Shown here piece by piece: positions 9,513 to 18,728 of a DNA stretch of 64,000 nucleotides; position 1 is the first letter of the stretch, and every line of letters begins with the position of its first letter. The position numbers were made by a program, and so were the translations under genes. This DNA comes from Minisyncoccota bacterium (GTDB taxonomy: Bacteria; Patescibacteriota; Microgenomatia; UBA1400; PJMF01), in the NCBI GenBank assembly GCA_009991965.1, contig JAACWQ010000003.1, positions 15,274 through 79,273 of the forward strand, written 5' to 3'. The notes beneath the pieces were generated by a model. It was not told where the DNA came from. It saw nothing but the letters and a program-made list of their open reading frames with translations, and searched no databases.

Positions 9513-10109
9513 CTAGCGACCTCTGATATAGAGAATTATCCGCACAATAGTGCCAGAGATTTGCTCGTCACCAGCTTGTATCTGCAGTTTTTCTTGTGGA
9601 ATTTGGAAGGCATCGATCGCATATTTTCTAGAATCAGTATCAACAGCGGACCAATTCATGCCTCTACCTACTAAGCTATAGTCTCTGTTCGTATCATTAT
9701 ATTTTTGACCATTTACCACAAGCCTTCCCTGAGTATATTGGCCAAGTATCAGATATAAACTATACCAGTCATTTGAAAACTCATACTCAATTTTTGCTTG
9801 GTCACTTGGCCAGTTTGCTCGTAATTCATCAATCGTTCTGTTACTTTGAAAAACAGTTACGATCCCACAACGGGCATTGAACCACTCCCAACATTCTATA
9901 TTTTCGCCAGTGCCATATATTTTTTTTGACCCCAATGCTTCACGCAACAATATAACTTTTTGCTGCTCAGCTGTATGAAAGTTCATCCATAACTTACTTG
10001 GATTAGCAGGATAAGCAAATATATATACGCCTGCAACAAAAACCGCAAATAAAATTGCGGCTAAACAGCTAATACCTAGTATCAGTGTTACTTTTGATAG
10101 TAATTTCAT
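9513..10109 (-). CDS. Membrane-anchored (N-terminal TM) extracytoplasmic hypothetical protein
   Basis: It starts at 'MKLLSKVTLILGISCLAAILFAVFV', has a single N-terminal TM helix, then a Trp/Tyr-rich domain of about 170 aa. The gene is low GC. The ORF extends to 10154. Confidence 0.4.
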   Translation of the reverse strand: MKLLSKVTLILGISCLAAILFAVFVAGVYIFAYPANPSKLWMNFHTAEQQKVILLREALGSKKIYGTGENIECWEWFNARCGIVTVFQSNRTIDELRANWPSDQAKIEYEFSNDWYSLYLILGQYTQGRLVVNGQKYNDTNRDYSLVGRGMNWSAVDTDSRKYAIDAFQIPQEKLQIQAGDEQISGTIVRIILYIRGR

Positions 10110-10446
10110 TTGTCGGTGTTGTGAAATGAAATCATAACTGATATTCAGATACAAAAGCCTATAGCTTTAGACAGTGCTGATATAACCAAATTTAGTTTAA
10201 CTTAATTTTGAAAAATTGGAATAGTTAGTAAAATCCAATTGTTACCAAAATAGTCTTTAAAACCAAGTATCTAAATCAAAACGCTACTAACCTCAACTGA
10301 TATGTGAGCTTTTGACCTCCTTTTTTACTTTTTTTATACATTGTCTGTTCTGATAAAATTATTGACTTGATTTTCTATTTCTATAACTGTGCAAATGTAA
10401 GTATCCCAAAATTCTAAGTGCAAAACAAGTTGAATAATAAGCCTTG

Positions 10447-10520
10447 TCGGGGTGACAGGACTCGAACCTGCGATCTCGCGACCCCCAGCCGCGCATTCTA
10501 GCCATCTGAACTACACCCCG
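10447..10520 (-). tRNA. tRNA-Pro (anticodon GGG)
   Basis: Manual fold of the reverse complement: acceptor CGGGGUG/CACCCCG, D-arm GUUC..GAAU, anticodon stem CGCGG/UCGCG with loop CUGGGGG, T-arm GCAGG-UUCGAGU-CCUGU, discriminator A. CCA is not encoded. Confidence 0.85.
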
Positions 10521-10564
10521 TTTTGACCCGTTGCACAATTCTACACTTTACGTAAGAGTTGGAA

Positions 10565-10585
10565 TGTACTATACATCCTAGTACA
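10565..10585 (+). promoter_or_regulatory. Perfect inverted repeat TGTAC-N11-GTACA in the recA upstream region (candidate operator overlapping putative promoter elements)
   Basis: It sits about 55-75 nt upstream of the recA ATG, with a TATACA/TATAGT -10-like hexamer nearby. There is a GGAAC Shine-Dalgarno sequence before the ATG. Confidence 0.3.
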
Positions 10586-10640
10586 AAGTAATTATAGTAA
10601 AAAAACCCAAAAGTCACGCCTGCCAAGCAAAGGAACTATT

Positions 10641-11687
10641 ATGACAAAACTACCAATCAAAAAAGAAACTGTAGAAGCACCTGTAAGCGACGAACAGGCC
10701 GCAAAAAGACAGGCCGTTTCTATCGCTATGCAGCAAATTGAGAAAGAGTTTGGCAAAGGCTCGATTATGAAAATGGGCGACTCTCTCAAACACATGGCAA
10801 CCATGCCAGTGATCTCTTCTGGCTCCTTAGCACTCAACTTGGCCTTGGGTGTTGGTGGCTATCCCAAAGGCAGAATTATTGAAGTATATGGTCCAGAGGC
10901 ATCGGGCAAAACCACACTTTGTCTGCATGCAATTGCAGCTGTGCAAAAGCAAGGTGGCACCGCAGCCTTTGTAGACGTAGAGCACGCGCTTGATCCACAG
11001 CGCGCAAGAAGGATTGGCGTCAATCTTGATGAATTATTGATTTCACAACCAGACTATGGAGAACAAGCACTCGAGATTGCTGAGACGTTAATTCGCTCTG
11101 GAGGTGTGGATATTGTTGTTATCGACTCTGTCGCAGCCCTGGTGCCAAAATCAGAGATTGAGGGAGAAATGGGCGATGCCCAAATGGGCGTGCAAGCGCG
11201 ACTTATGTCTCAGGCTATGCGTAAATTGACCGCTGCTATCAGCAGAACCAATACACTGGTGATGTTTACCAATCAAATTCGGATGAAAATTGGTGTCATG
11301 TTTGGCAGTCCAGAAACAACCACTGGTGGTAATGCACTCAAATTTTATGCCACACAACGATTAGACATTCGCAAAATCGGCAACATCCAAGAAGGTGAAA
11401 AAGTCGTCGGCAGTCGTCACCGTGTTCGAGTTAAGAAAAATAAGGTTGCACCGCCATTCCAAGTGGCCGAGTTTGACATGGACGAAAATGGTATTTCCAT
11501 GACCGGAGATACAGTAGACATCGGTGCGCTAGAAAATGTTATAGAAAAGAGTGGCAGTTTCTATAAGTATGGTGGCGAGGTGCTTGCGCAAGGTCGTGAA
11601 GCGACCAAAGCATACCTGGCTGAACACCCAGATTTACTCAAGAAAATACAAAAAGAAATCTGGCAAAAAATTAAGCAGTCTGATTGA
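10641..11687 (+). CDS. recA: Recombinase RecA
   Basis: Walker A '[10 protein letters not shown]', '[10 protein letters not shown]' and '[21 protein letters not shown]' match RecA over its full length. Confidence 0.95.
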   Translation: MTKLPIKKETVEAPVSDEQAAKRQAVSIAMQQIEKEFGKGSIMKMGDSLKHMATMPVISSGSLALNLALGVGGYPKGRIIEVYGPEASGKTTLCLHAIAAVQKQGGTAAFVDVEHALDPQRARRIGVNLDELLISQPDYGEQALEIAETLIRSGGVDIVVIDSVAALVPKSEIEGEMGDAQMGVQARLMSQAMRKLTAAISRTNTLVMFTNQIRMKIGVMFGSPETTTGGNALKFYATQRLDIRKIGNIQEGEKVVGSRHRVRVKKNKVAPPFQVAEFDMDENGISMTGDTVDIGALENVIEKSGSFYKYGGEVLAQGREATKAYLAEHPDLLKKIQKEIWQKIKQSD

Positions 11688-11896
11688 CTCGCTGCCACTT
11701 TGGCAGTACAATCGGAGGCACATTCCTACAAGAACGTAGAGAAAGTAAAAGTAAAAATTGTCCTTATGAATCAATACTTTGTGCCTATTCAACCCGCGCT
11801 AACCAAGTAACGTTCAGTCGTACTGCGCATTGATTCTCAATCTACTTTTATTTTTTCCTCTTGAGGTTTGTTATAGAAACACAGACAAGGAGTCTT

Positions 11897-13429
11897 ATGT
11901 CATTATTTAGTAATCTCTCGTCCCTCTTCGGGCCTCAGACGCAGCAGCAGCAAAATTTGAAAAAGCCAGCGGTGTCGGTGCCCCCAGTAACACCACTTGC
12001 ACGAAAGAAACAACAGCCAGCCCCCCAAGTAGACCGCAATTCACAAGATAAAGCTCGTGAGATCATCGTCGAAGCCAAAGCAGAAGCACTCGCTATTCGT
12101 AGCAAAGCTGAGCGCGATACACAAGAAAGTGCCAGAAATCTCGAAGATCAACAACGACAACTCAATCAGAAACTAGACCGCATTGACGAACGTCTCTCCA
12201 GTATGGACAAGCGAGAGCGTGATCTCGAAAAAAGTCGAGCGGATTTAGACACAGCGGCGCAGGATCTGAAACTCGAGCGCGATAAACTCACAAAAAAATT
12301 GGAGAGCGTTGCAGAATTAACCAGAGAAGAAGCACGTAAGTCGCTCTTCGCTGATCTCGATGAGCAGCTCAGCAAAGAGAAAGCTCGTTTTGTTCGACAA
12401 AAAGAAGAAGAGGCCAAAGAAGAAGCAGAAGGAAAGGTGCAAGAGATTTTGATCGATGCCATGAAACATGGCGCTACCGATTATGTGCCAGAGTACACCA
12501 TCTCCGTTGTCCAACTACCTTCCGAAGAAATCAAAGGCAAGATCATTGGCAAGTCCGGTCGAAACATCAATGCCTTCGAACACGAGACTGGCGTCGATGT
12601 CGACCTCGATACTTCACCAACCGAAGTTCGCCTCTCTTGTTTTGATCCCGTCCGAAGAGAAATTGCGCGCATTACCCTCGAGCGATTAATCAAAGATGGC
12701 CGTATCCAACCGACACGTATCGAAGAAGTGGTTGCAAAAGTACGACAAGAAATCGACAAAGTTACCTTTGAAGCTGGCAAAAAACTTTGCCACGATCTTG
12801 GCGTATATAACTTGCCAGTCGATCTTATGCGCATGTTGGGTAAGTTCAAGTTCCGATTCTCATACGGTCAAAATATGATTGCTCATACACTTGAAGAAAC
12901 AAAAATCGGTGTCAAGCTCGCGAGCGAACTTGGACTCGACGTCAACACCGTCAAACTCGGTTGTTTGCTGCACGACATTGGTAAAGTTTCAGAAGAGTCT
13001 GAAGGTAGTCACGTAGAGCTCGGTGTCAAAATTGCCGAACAATTCAAATTGCCACAGGCAGTGATTGATGGTATTGCGCAACACCATGAAGACGAGCCGT
13101 TCTCTGGTCCAGAGCAAGTACTTGTCTACATCGCTGATGCGATCTCTGGCGCCCGACCAGGCGCTCGCTACGAAAACTACGATGCATACGTCAAACGCTT
13201 ACAGCAGCTTGAGGAAATTGCGACCCAATACCCACAAGTTAAGCAGGCATACGCAATCCAAGCAGGGCGAGAGGTCCGCGTCATACTCATGCCAGAACAA
13301 TCGAAAGATGATGACGTGACTGTTCTGAGTTCAAAAATTCGAGATGAGATCAAGGCTAGCATGACTTATCCAGGTACTGTGACCGTTTCTGTTATCAGAG
13401 AAGTCAGAGGGCAAGCAGTCGCAACCTAA
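11897..13429 (+). CDS. rny: Ribonuclease Y
   Basis: It has an N-terminal TM/coiled-coil region, a KH domain (IIGKSGRNINAFE) and an HD domain (LLHDIGK). The AGGAG RBS before the ATG at 11897 is preferred over the ORF start at 11861. Confidence 0.9.
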   Translation: MSLFSNLSSLFGPQTQQQQNLKKPAVSVPPVTPLARKKQQPAPQVDRNSQDKAREIIVEAKAEALAIRSKAERDTQESARNLEDQQRQLNQKLDRIDERLSSMDKRERDLEKSRADLDTAAQDLKLERDKLTKKLESVAELTREEARKSLFADLDEQLSKEKARFVRQKEEEAKEEAEGKVQEILIDAMKHGATDYVPEYTISVVQLPSEEIKGKIIGKSGRNINAFEHETGVDVDLDTSPTEVRLSCFDPVRREIARITLERLIKDGRIQPTRIEEVVAKVRQEIDKVTFEAGKKLCHDLGVYNLPVDLMRMLGKFKFRFSYGQNMIAHTLEETKIGVKLASELGLDVNTVKLGCLLHDIGKVSEESEGSHVELGVKIAEQFKLPQAVIDGIAQHHEDEPFSGPEQVLVYIADAISGARPGARYENYDAYVKRLQQLEEIATQYPQVKQAYAIQAGREVRVILMPEQSKDDDVTVLSSKIRDEIKASMTYPGTVTVSVIREVRGQAVAT

Positions 13430-13458
13430 GCGTTGTGCGCTATACTAGAAAGTAGGGT

Positions 13459-13677
13459 ATGAAAGAATTTTGGCTCGCACTACAAGTAGTTGTTTCAATC
13501 TTTTTGATTGCAGCAATCCTCTTGCAAGCCCAAGACTCTGGTCTCGGAGCAACTTGGGGTGGCGGTGGTGAAACCTACCATACACGCAGGGGGTTGGAAA
13601 AAGTTCTGTTTTACCTGACAATAGCTGGAGTGGTTCTTTTTATTACCGCAGCCCTCGGGGTTGTATCCACTCGTTAG
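13459..13677 (+). CDS. secG: Preprotein translocase subunit SecG
   Basis: It is 72 aa with two TM helices and the 'LLQAQDSGLGATWGGGG' glycine-rich loop typical of SecG. Confidence 0.7.
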   Translation: MKEFWLALQVVVSIFLIAAILLQAQDSGLGATWGGGGETYHTRRGLEKVLFYLTIAGVVLFITAALGVVSTR

Positions 13678-13683
13678 ACATTT

Positions 13684-15087
13684 ATGCGCAAAGCGTACTG
13701 GTATTTGAGCGCGTACATCCGTAAACGCGGATTAATGGTTGTTGCTTCACTCGCGATAGCTATCGGATTTTTTTCTTTTGTCGTCCCTACCATCGCTACT
13801 CGACTAGAAAAGCGAGAACAATTTTATATTGGCATTATCGGTCAATACACCATTTATTCTTTGCCAGACATAGTAACTGATCAACTGAGTGTAGGACTCA
13901 CCGCCATAACCGGAAATGGTGGCGTGGTTCCCGTTTTAGCTAAACGCTGGGCAGTTGAACAAGGCGGGAAAACATACCGTTTTGTTCTCAAGGATGATCT
14001 CAAGTGGAGTGATGGAAGCAAGATCAAGCCAGAAGAAATTCAATTTAACCTCAAAGATACTACCGTTGCTACGACTGCGAATGATCTTATTTTCCAACTA
14101 CCTGCAGAATTTTCTCCCTTTCCTAGCCTGGTCGCGAAACCATTGCTGAAAATGTCGGAACAAAAAGTACCGTTTGCACGCAACAGACCACTCCCCGTTG
14201 GCATCGGCTCATATCGAATAAGTGATTACCATACACACAATAATCAACTCAAAGAGCTCGTCATTGATAGTGAAAAAGAACGATACATTTATCGTTTCTA
14301 CCAAACTGAGGAAGACGCAGAGACAGCGTTTAAACAGGGAAAAATTGACCTTTTGTTAGACTTGGTTCGGAAACATGAGATCTACGAGTGGCCAACCACA
14401 ACAACAACCAAGCGATTGAACGATAATCAATATGTTGCGCTCTTTTTTAATATGCAAGATCCACTGATGGCAAAAAATACTCGCCAAGTACTATCGTATA
14501 TAACAAGCAAACCAAGCGATGCTTCTCGAGCAATTGGGCCCATCAGTTCTAATTCTTGGGCATATCTATCGGGAGGAAAAGATTACGAAAAAGATTGGGA
14601 TCGAGCAGTCGAACGTTTGTTTGATGACGCCCCACAACTACCACTTATTTTTACCCTTACGACCACACAAACCTTTGCCGAACGAGCCGAGAGTATAAAA
14701 ACAGAATGGGAAGAATTTGGCGTCTACGCAGAGGAACAATGTGCGTCGGCAAAAGCAATAGAAAACAAAGACTTGTGCGCAAATATGCGCATCAAAGTAA
14801 CGCTAAAAATTTCTAACTTTCCCGACACCAATGACTTCCAACTGCTCCTCATCGGCCAAGAATCTCCTCCCGACCCTGACCAATATCATCTGTGGCACTC
14901 TGACCAAAACACCAACTTTACCCACTATAAAAATACGCGCATCGACAACTTGCTGGAAAAAGGCCGACAAACTTTTGAAGAGTCAGAGAGAAAACAAATC
15001 TATCAAGAATTTCAACAATTTATTCTCGAAGATCCTCCGGCAATTTTCTTGGAGCACTTGCTTACCTACGACGTCAGTCGTAAATAA
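13684..15087 (+). CDS. ABC transporter substrate-binding protein, family 5 (Opp/Dpp-like), membrane-anchored
   Basis: It has an N-terminal TM anchor. The family-5 SBP pattern 'GLTAITGNGGVVPVLAKRWAVEQGGKTYRFVLKDDLKWSDG' is present. Confidence 0.6.
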   Translation: MRKAYWYLSAYIRKRGLMVVASLAIAIGFFSFVVPTIATRLEKREQFYIGIIGQYTIYSLPDIVTDQLSVGLTAITGNGGVVPVLAKRWAVEQGGKTYRFVLKDDLKWSDGSKIKPEEIQFNLKDTTVATTANDLIFQLPAEFSPFPSLVAKPLLKMSEQKVPFARNRPLPVGIGSYRISDYHTHNNQLKELVIDSEKERYIYRFYQTEEDAETAFKQGKIDLLLDLVRKHEIYEWPTTTTTKRLNDNQYVALFFNMQDPLMAKNTRQVLSYITSKPSDASRAIGPISSNSWAYLSGGKDYEKDWDRAVERLFDDAPQLPLIFTLTTTQTFAERAESIKTEWEEFGVYAEEQCASAKAIENKDLCANMRIKVTLKISNFPDTNDFQLLLIGQESPPDPDQYHLWHSDQNTNFTHYKNTRIDNLLEKGRQTFEESERKQIYQEFQQFILEDPPAIFLEHLLTYDVSRK

Positions 15088-17340
15088 TCAGAGATGTCTG
15101 CGCCATTTGCGGAAAAGCTCAAACGCACGCGTCATCCAATACCATTGTGTCAGCGGAATATCTTGTGCTTCTAGGTACTGTACTTCTCTGCCCCCAAATC
15201 CGCGCTTGAAGAGCGATACGCCTGCAAAACGATGCGCATCCATACCTGGAGGCGCCACGCCCCACAGATTGTAACTCGTACAACCAGCTTGTTGTGCTTC
15301 AGCAATCACGCGCCACTGTACTGCGTACGCACCAGGCAACTTGCCATTTTCTGGTGTCGAAATACCATAGTGGTACACCGCCTGCTTGTGATACGTCAGC
15401 ACAAATGCGGTCGCCAACAATTGTGTGCCCTGATATGCAGAAACCAAGAAGGCCTGATTTTCTTGTGCAAAAATCTGGAACTGTTCAAATAAAAATTTGT
15501 AACTAAACGGCACAAAGTGATGTCGCTCTGCCACCAATCGCTGTTGTTCATAAAAATTTTGAATGTCCTTGGGATCGCGCGAAACTTCTGTTCGAATACC
15601 TTCGCCCTCCGTCTTTCTAATTGCTGAGCGAGTATTTTTCCGCATGCCTGCCAGAAGCTGCTCCTCACTTTGAGTAATATCTATTTCAATTGTCCGATCA
15701 GCCGTTACATGCATAGCTGCTTTGAGCGTGCCGAGCCGCGCGACTTCTGCGCGAGCTATTTCGTCGTCTACCAGCTGTGGACGAAAACGAATAAATGAGC
15801 AGTGTTGCTGCCGGACAATAGTTTTTATCTCAGAAAACATTGCTGCTACTGCCCGAGGTTCATCCCAATCGAGCACCGGACCACCAGGAAAGCTGCAGTA
15901 CGAGCCACGCCGAGCACGCTCAAAAATGCCGAGTGCTACTCCAGTCAACGATCCATTTCGATATAACCCAAGGCGAATAATTTTATTCCCCAGCCGTTCT
16001 TGAAATACCCCCCAATGCCAAGATTGTAGAAAGTTTGCCTCTGGACGATCAGCAATCCAGTTCTCCCAGATCTCTTTGTCGATAACTTCTTGAACCATGT
16101 ATTCAGGTGCTTTCTCGAGCAATTGCAGAATAGTTGTGGCCAATCGAACCGCGGTTGCCACACTCACTTGCGCATGAGTTGGAAGGGTGAAAACTGAGCG
16201 AGCAAGTTTCTCTGCTTGTGAACACGAACCAGAGTGATAGGCAGAATCCCAAACCACACTCCCACTATCAACTGCTGCGCGATACCAGCGGTCAGTGAGA
16301 TAAAAGTTGCTCTTTTTCAGATCAGCCGCTAATTGATCTGGATCTTGGACCACCAGCGGAACACGCAGAAGTGAATAAGGGCTTGTTTGCAAATCTGGAG
16401 CGAGTAAGTATTTTTTGAGTAGGCGAGCGTACACCGTCGCAATCAATGTCCGATGGTTCAACTGAGACGGCAAACGCCCCAACTGTTCCAAAACTAATTT
16501 TGCCTGGCCAACTGAGAGCTTTTCCAACACTAGAGTCATGCGGAGCACGGGGGTTGTGATAATACCGAGCTTCTGCGCTCCACGCTGCAGTACTTTACCT
16601 ATACCGAGTGAAAACGTTGCGCGAATAGAAACAGTTAGTAGCGGATACACAGCCTGTCGCCAAGTACTTCGTGAGCGTAATTGTTGCGGAGCTCGTTCAG
16701 TAGCAAGTAAACCCTGACGAAAAAGGCAGCAACCGCCAGCAACCGCATCAATTATTTTGTCTCGCCCAAATGATGTAACTAGTACATGGCCAAAACTTCC
16801 AAGCCGCCCGCCCGACGGCGCTACGCCACCAAACGCTTGCGCCAAATCTTCTATGAGCAGGAGACCGCGTTCGTCACACCAAGTGCGAATTGCTGCGACA
16901 TCAGCGGGATATCCTAACAAATGTTGGACCAAAACGACTTTTGCTTCTGGATTTTTTTCATATGCAGTTTGTAGTGTTGTGACATCTAGGTTGGGCGAAT
17001 GCTCACCGATATCGACAAATGCGGGCAGCATGTTGGCACCAATGATCGCCTCTTCTATTGCTGCACAGCTGAATGCTTGAGTCAGTACTTTCGTTCCTGG
17101 AGTGATCGGCAAGTTCTGCAGTGCAAATTGGATTGCATCTCTCCCCGTTGCAAAAAAATGGGGTTTAGAAAAATCAGGAAAGATCTCTTGTAACTTCTCG
17201 GCTAGCAAAGCTTGTGTTTCGGCACTATTAGGAGGAAATACGTACCACCAGAGTGTCTGACATGCGAACGTAAAAGAGTAGTTGGAGCCAAGACTGCCAA
17301 ACACTGGCTTGTTTTTTTTCATAGTATCTTTACTAGCCAC
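15088..17340 (-). CDS. Bifunctional protein: N-terminal DegT/DnrJ/EryC1-type PLP aminotransferase domain fused to a C-terminal FemAB-family (aminoacyl-tRNA-dependent) transferase domain
   Basis: The N-terminal roughly 330 aa match the DegT pattern (GRDAIQFAL...AFVDIG...LIEDLAQAFGG...VTSFGRDKII, with the Lys). The C-terminal roughly 420 aa match FemAB ('FLQSWHWGVFQE', 'GMRKNTRSAIRK', 'AYAVQWRVIAEAQQAGCTSYNLWGV'). Confidence 0.7.
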   Translation of the reverse strand: MASKDTMKKNKPVFGSLGSNYSFTFACQTLWWYVFPPNSAETQALLAEKLQEIFPDFSKPHFFATGRDAIQFALQNLPITPGTKVLTQAFSCAAIEEAIIGANMLPAFVDIGEHSPNLDVTTLQTAYEKNPEAKVVLVQHLLGYPADVAAIRTWCDERGLLLIEDLAQAFGGVAPSGGRLGSFGHVLVTSFGRDKIIDAVAGGCCLFRQGLLATERAPQQLRSRSTWRQAVYPLLTVSIRATFSLGIGKVLQRGAQKLGIITTPVLRMTLVLEKLSVGQAKLVLEQLGRLPSQLNHRTLIATVYARLLKKYLLAPDLQTSPYSLLRVPLVVQDPDQLAADLKKSNFYLTDRWYRAAVDSGSVVWDSAYHSGSCSQAEKLARSVFTLPTHAQVSVATAVRLATTILQLLEKAPEYMVQEVIDKEIWENWIADRPEANFLQSWHWGVFQERLGNKIIRLGLYRNGSLTGVALGIFERARRGSYCSFPGGPVLDWDEPRAVAAMFSEIKTIVRQQHCSFIRFRPQLVDDEIARAEVARLGTLKAAMHVTADRTIEIDITQSEEQLLAGMRKNTRSAIRKTEGEGIRTEVSRDPKDIQNFYEQQRLVAERHHFVPFSYKFLFEQFQIFAQENQAFLVSAYQGTQLLATAFVLTYHKQAVYHYGISTPENGKLPGAYAVQWRVIAEAQQAGCTSYNLWGVAPPGMDAHRFAGVSLFKRGFGGREVQYLEAQDIPLTQWYWMTRAFELFRKWRRHL

Positions 17341-18728
17341 TGTGGCATCCGCCCTTCAACTAATACTACCGTGTCTGCAGAAAGTGTCTGTATTCGCTGC
17401 AGTATTTCTGCTCTACTCGCAAACAATGTTGTAGCGAATTGTTTTGCAAATGCTTGTTTGCCAGCTTCCCCAAGATACCAAACTTCGCTGACATAGGCCG
17501 TAGCTTCGTGCGCCAGCTTGGTGTGCACTTTTCCTGATTCTGTTCCCAAGTCGATAATACCAGAGGTAAGTAAGATTTTTCTTGGAGCGACTTGCTGTCC
17601 AAGCAACTGCAATGCAGCCGAAAAACCATCTGGATTGCTCGTGCCCCCATCATCGATAATACGTGTGCCCGATTTTGTTGTACGCGTACGGATCCATTTT
17701 TCAGTGGGGACAAATGACTCCAGGCGAGTAGTAATTTGCTTCTCAGACAGGCCAAAATTTTGTGCTACAGCACGTACCGCCCGTATTGTATTTCCATAGT
17801 GATCACCAATGATTGCTGTTGTCACCTTTGGACCCTTGGCCAACCAAGTTTTTTCTACCTGCAGGGAGGCATGATTTTTAACCGCAGCAACAATCTTCAA
17901 AGCAGATTCATTGACACAATATACTTTCGCTTTTTCTGGCAGTGCTTCAAGCAACTCAGCTTTTGCCTGTGCAATTCTTTCTTGTGATCCAAAAAGCTCA
18001 AGATGTTGTTTTCCTAGCCCCGTCAGAATCGCAAGATCTGGTGGCAATACTGCAGTTAATCGAGCAATTTCTCCCGGACAATACGCTGCGTACTCCAAGA
18101 CCAATGTCTTAGCTGTTCCCAAATTTTTTAGTAAATAACGTGCAATTCCCAGTGCGGTATTGACTGATCCAGGCGTCGTACAAACACTCCCTCGCTCAGC
18201 TAAAACATGAGCCAACAATTGTTTGGTTGTTGTTTTACCGAAACTGCCAGTAATTCCAATTATGAAAACTTTTTTTGCGCGCAACAGATCCCGTACGCGA
18301 TGAAGATAATACGTCGTGAGTAACCAAACGACCCCATTCATGGCAATCGCCAAAAACAACAAAACTACCGGTGTGAAGAAATAGAGCAACACAGGTAATA
18401 CAAATAAACGACCTACTACCAAGGCTGGCACCGCAGTCAGCCAAGGGATTAACAGGTAGATGCTCAAAGTAACAAACAATAAACAGGAAACCAGCAGAAG
18501 CTTGACCCGCAGCGTTTTTACCGGACGCTTAAAAGTCATTGGTCGAACGAGGGCTAGAGAAGGCAGCAAATGTAAAATAACTTGACGACCAGAGAGTGAG
18601 TTCAGGTGTGCGTGCAGACGATCAAGTCGATACTCTTTTTGTTGTAGCAAACCAGACCACCATAGTAGCCCTGCGAAAAAATGTATCGACCAGCCAAACA
18701 AATAAAAAAGAAAAATTACGCTAAGCAT
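17319..18728 (-). CDS. MurF-like Mur-ligase (central and C-terminal domains) with an N-terminal polytopic membrane domain in place of the UDP-binding domain
   Basis: 'IIGITGSFGKTTTKQLLA', 'NTALGIA', 'DDGGTSNPDGF' (MurF-type DDSYNAN region) and 'LVEGRM' are present. The first roughly 150 aa contain 4-5 predicted TM helices. Confidence 0.7.
   Translation of the reverse strand: MLSVIFLFYLFGWSIHFFAGLLWWSGLLQQKEYRLDRLHAHLNSLSGRQVILHLLPSLALVRPMTFKRPVKTLRVKLLLVSCLLFVTLSIYLLIPWLTAVPALVVGRLFVLPVLLYFFTPVVLLFLAIAMNGVVWLLTTYYLHRVRDLLRAKKVFIIGITGSFGKTTTKQLLAHVLAERGSVCTTPGSVNTALGIARYLLKNLGTAKTLVLEYAAYCPGEIARLTAVLPPDLAILTGLGKQHLELFGSQERIAQAKAELLEALPEKAKVYCVNESALKIVAAVKNHASLQVEKTWLAKGPKVTTAIIGDHYGNTIRAVRAVAQNFGLSEKQITTRLESFVPTEKWIRTRTTKSGTRIIDDGGTSNPDGFSAALQLLGQQVAPRKILLTSGIIDLGTESGKVHTKLAHEATAYVSEVWYLGEAGKQAFAKQFATTLFASRAEILQRIQTLSADTVVLVEGRMPQWLVKIL

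Noticed and set aside
10592-10837. 81 aa minus-strand ORF across the recA start
   Set aside because: It is antisense to the highly conserved recA 5' end and the tRNA/recA promoter region. It has a spurious hydrophobic composition.
11686-11712. Hairpin CTGCCACTTTGGCAG just after the recA stop, as a terminator
   Set aside because: The stem is only 5-6 bp and is not followed by a T-tract. It is too weak to call.
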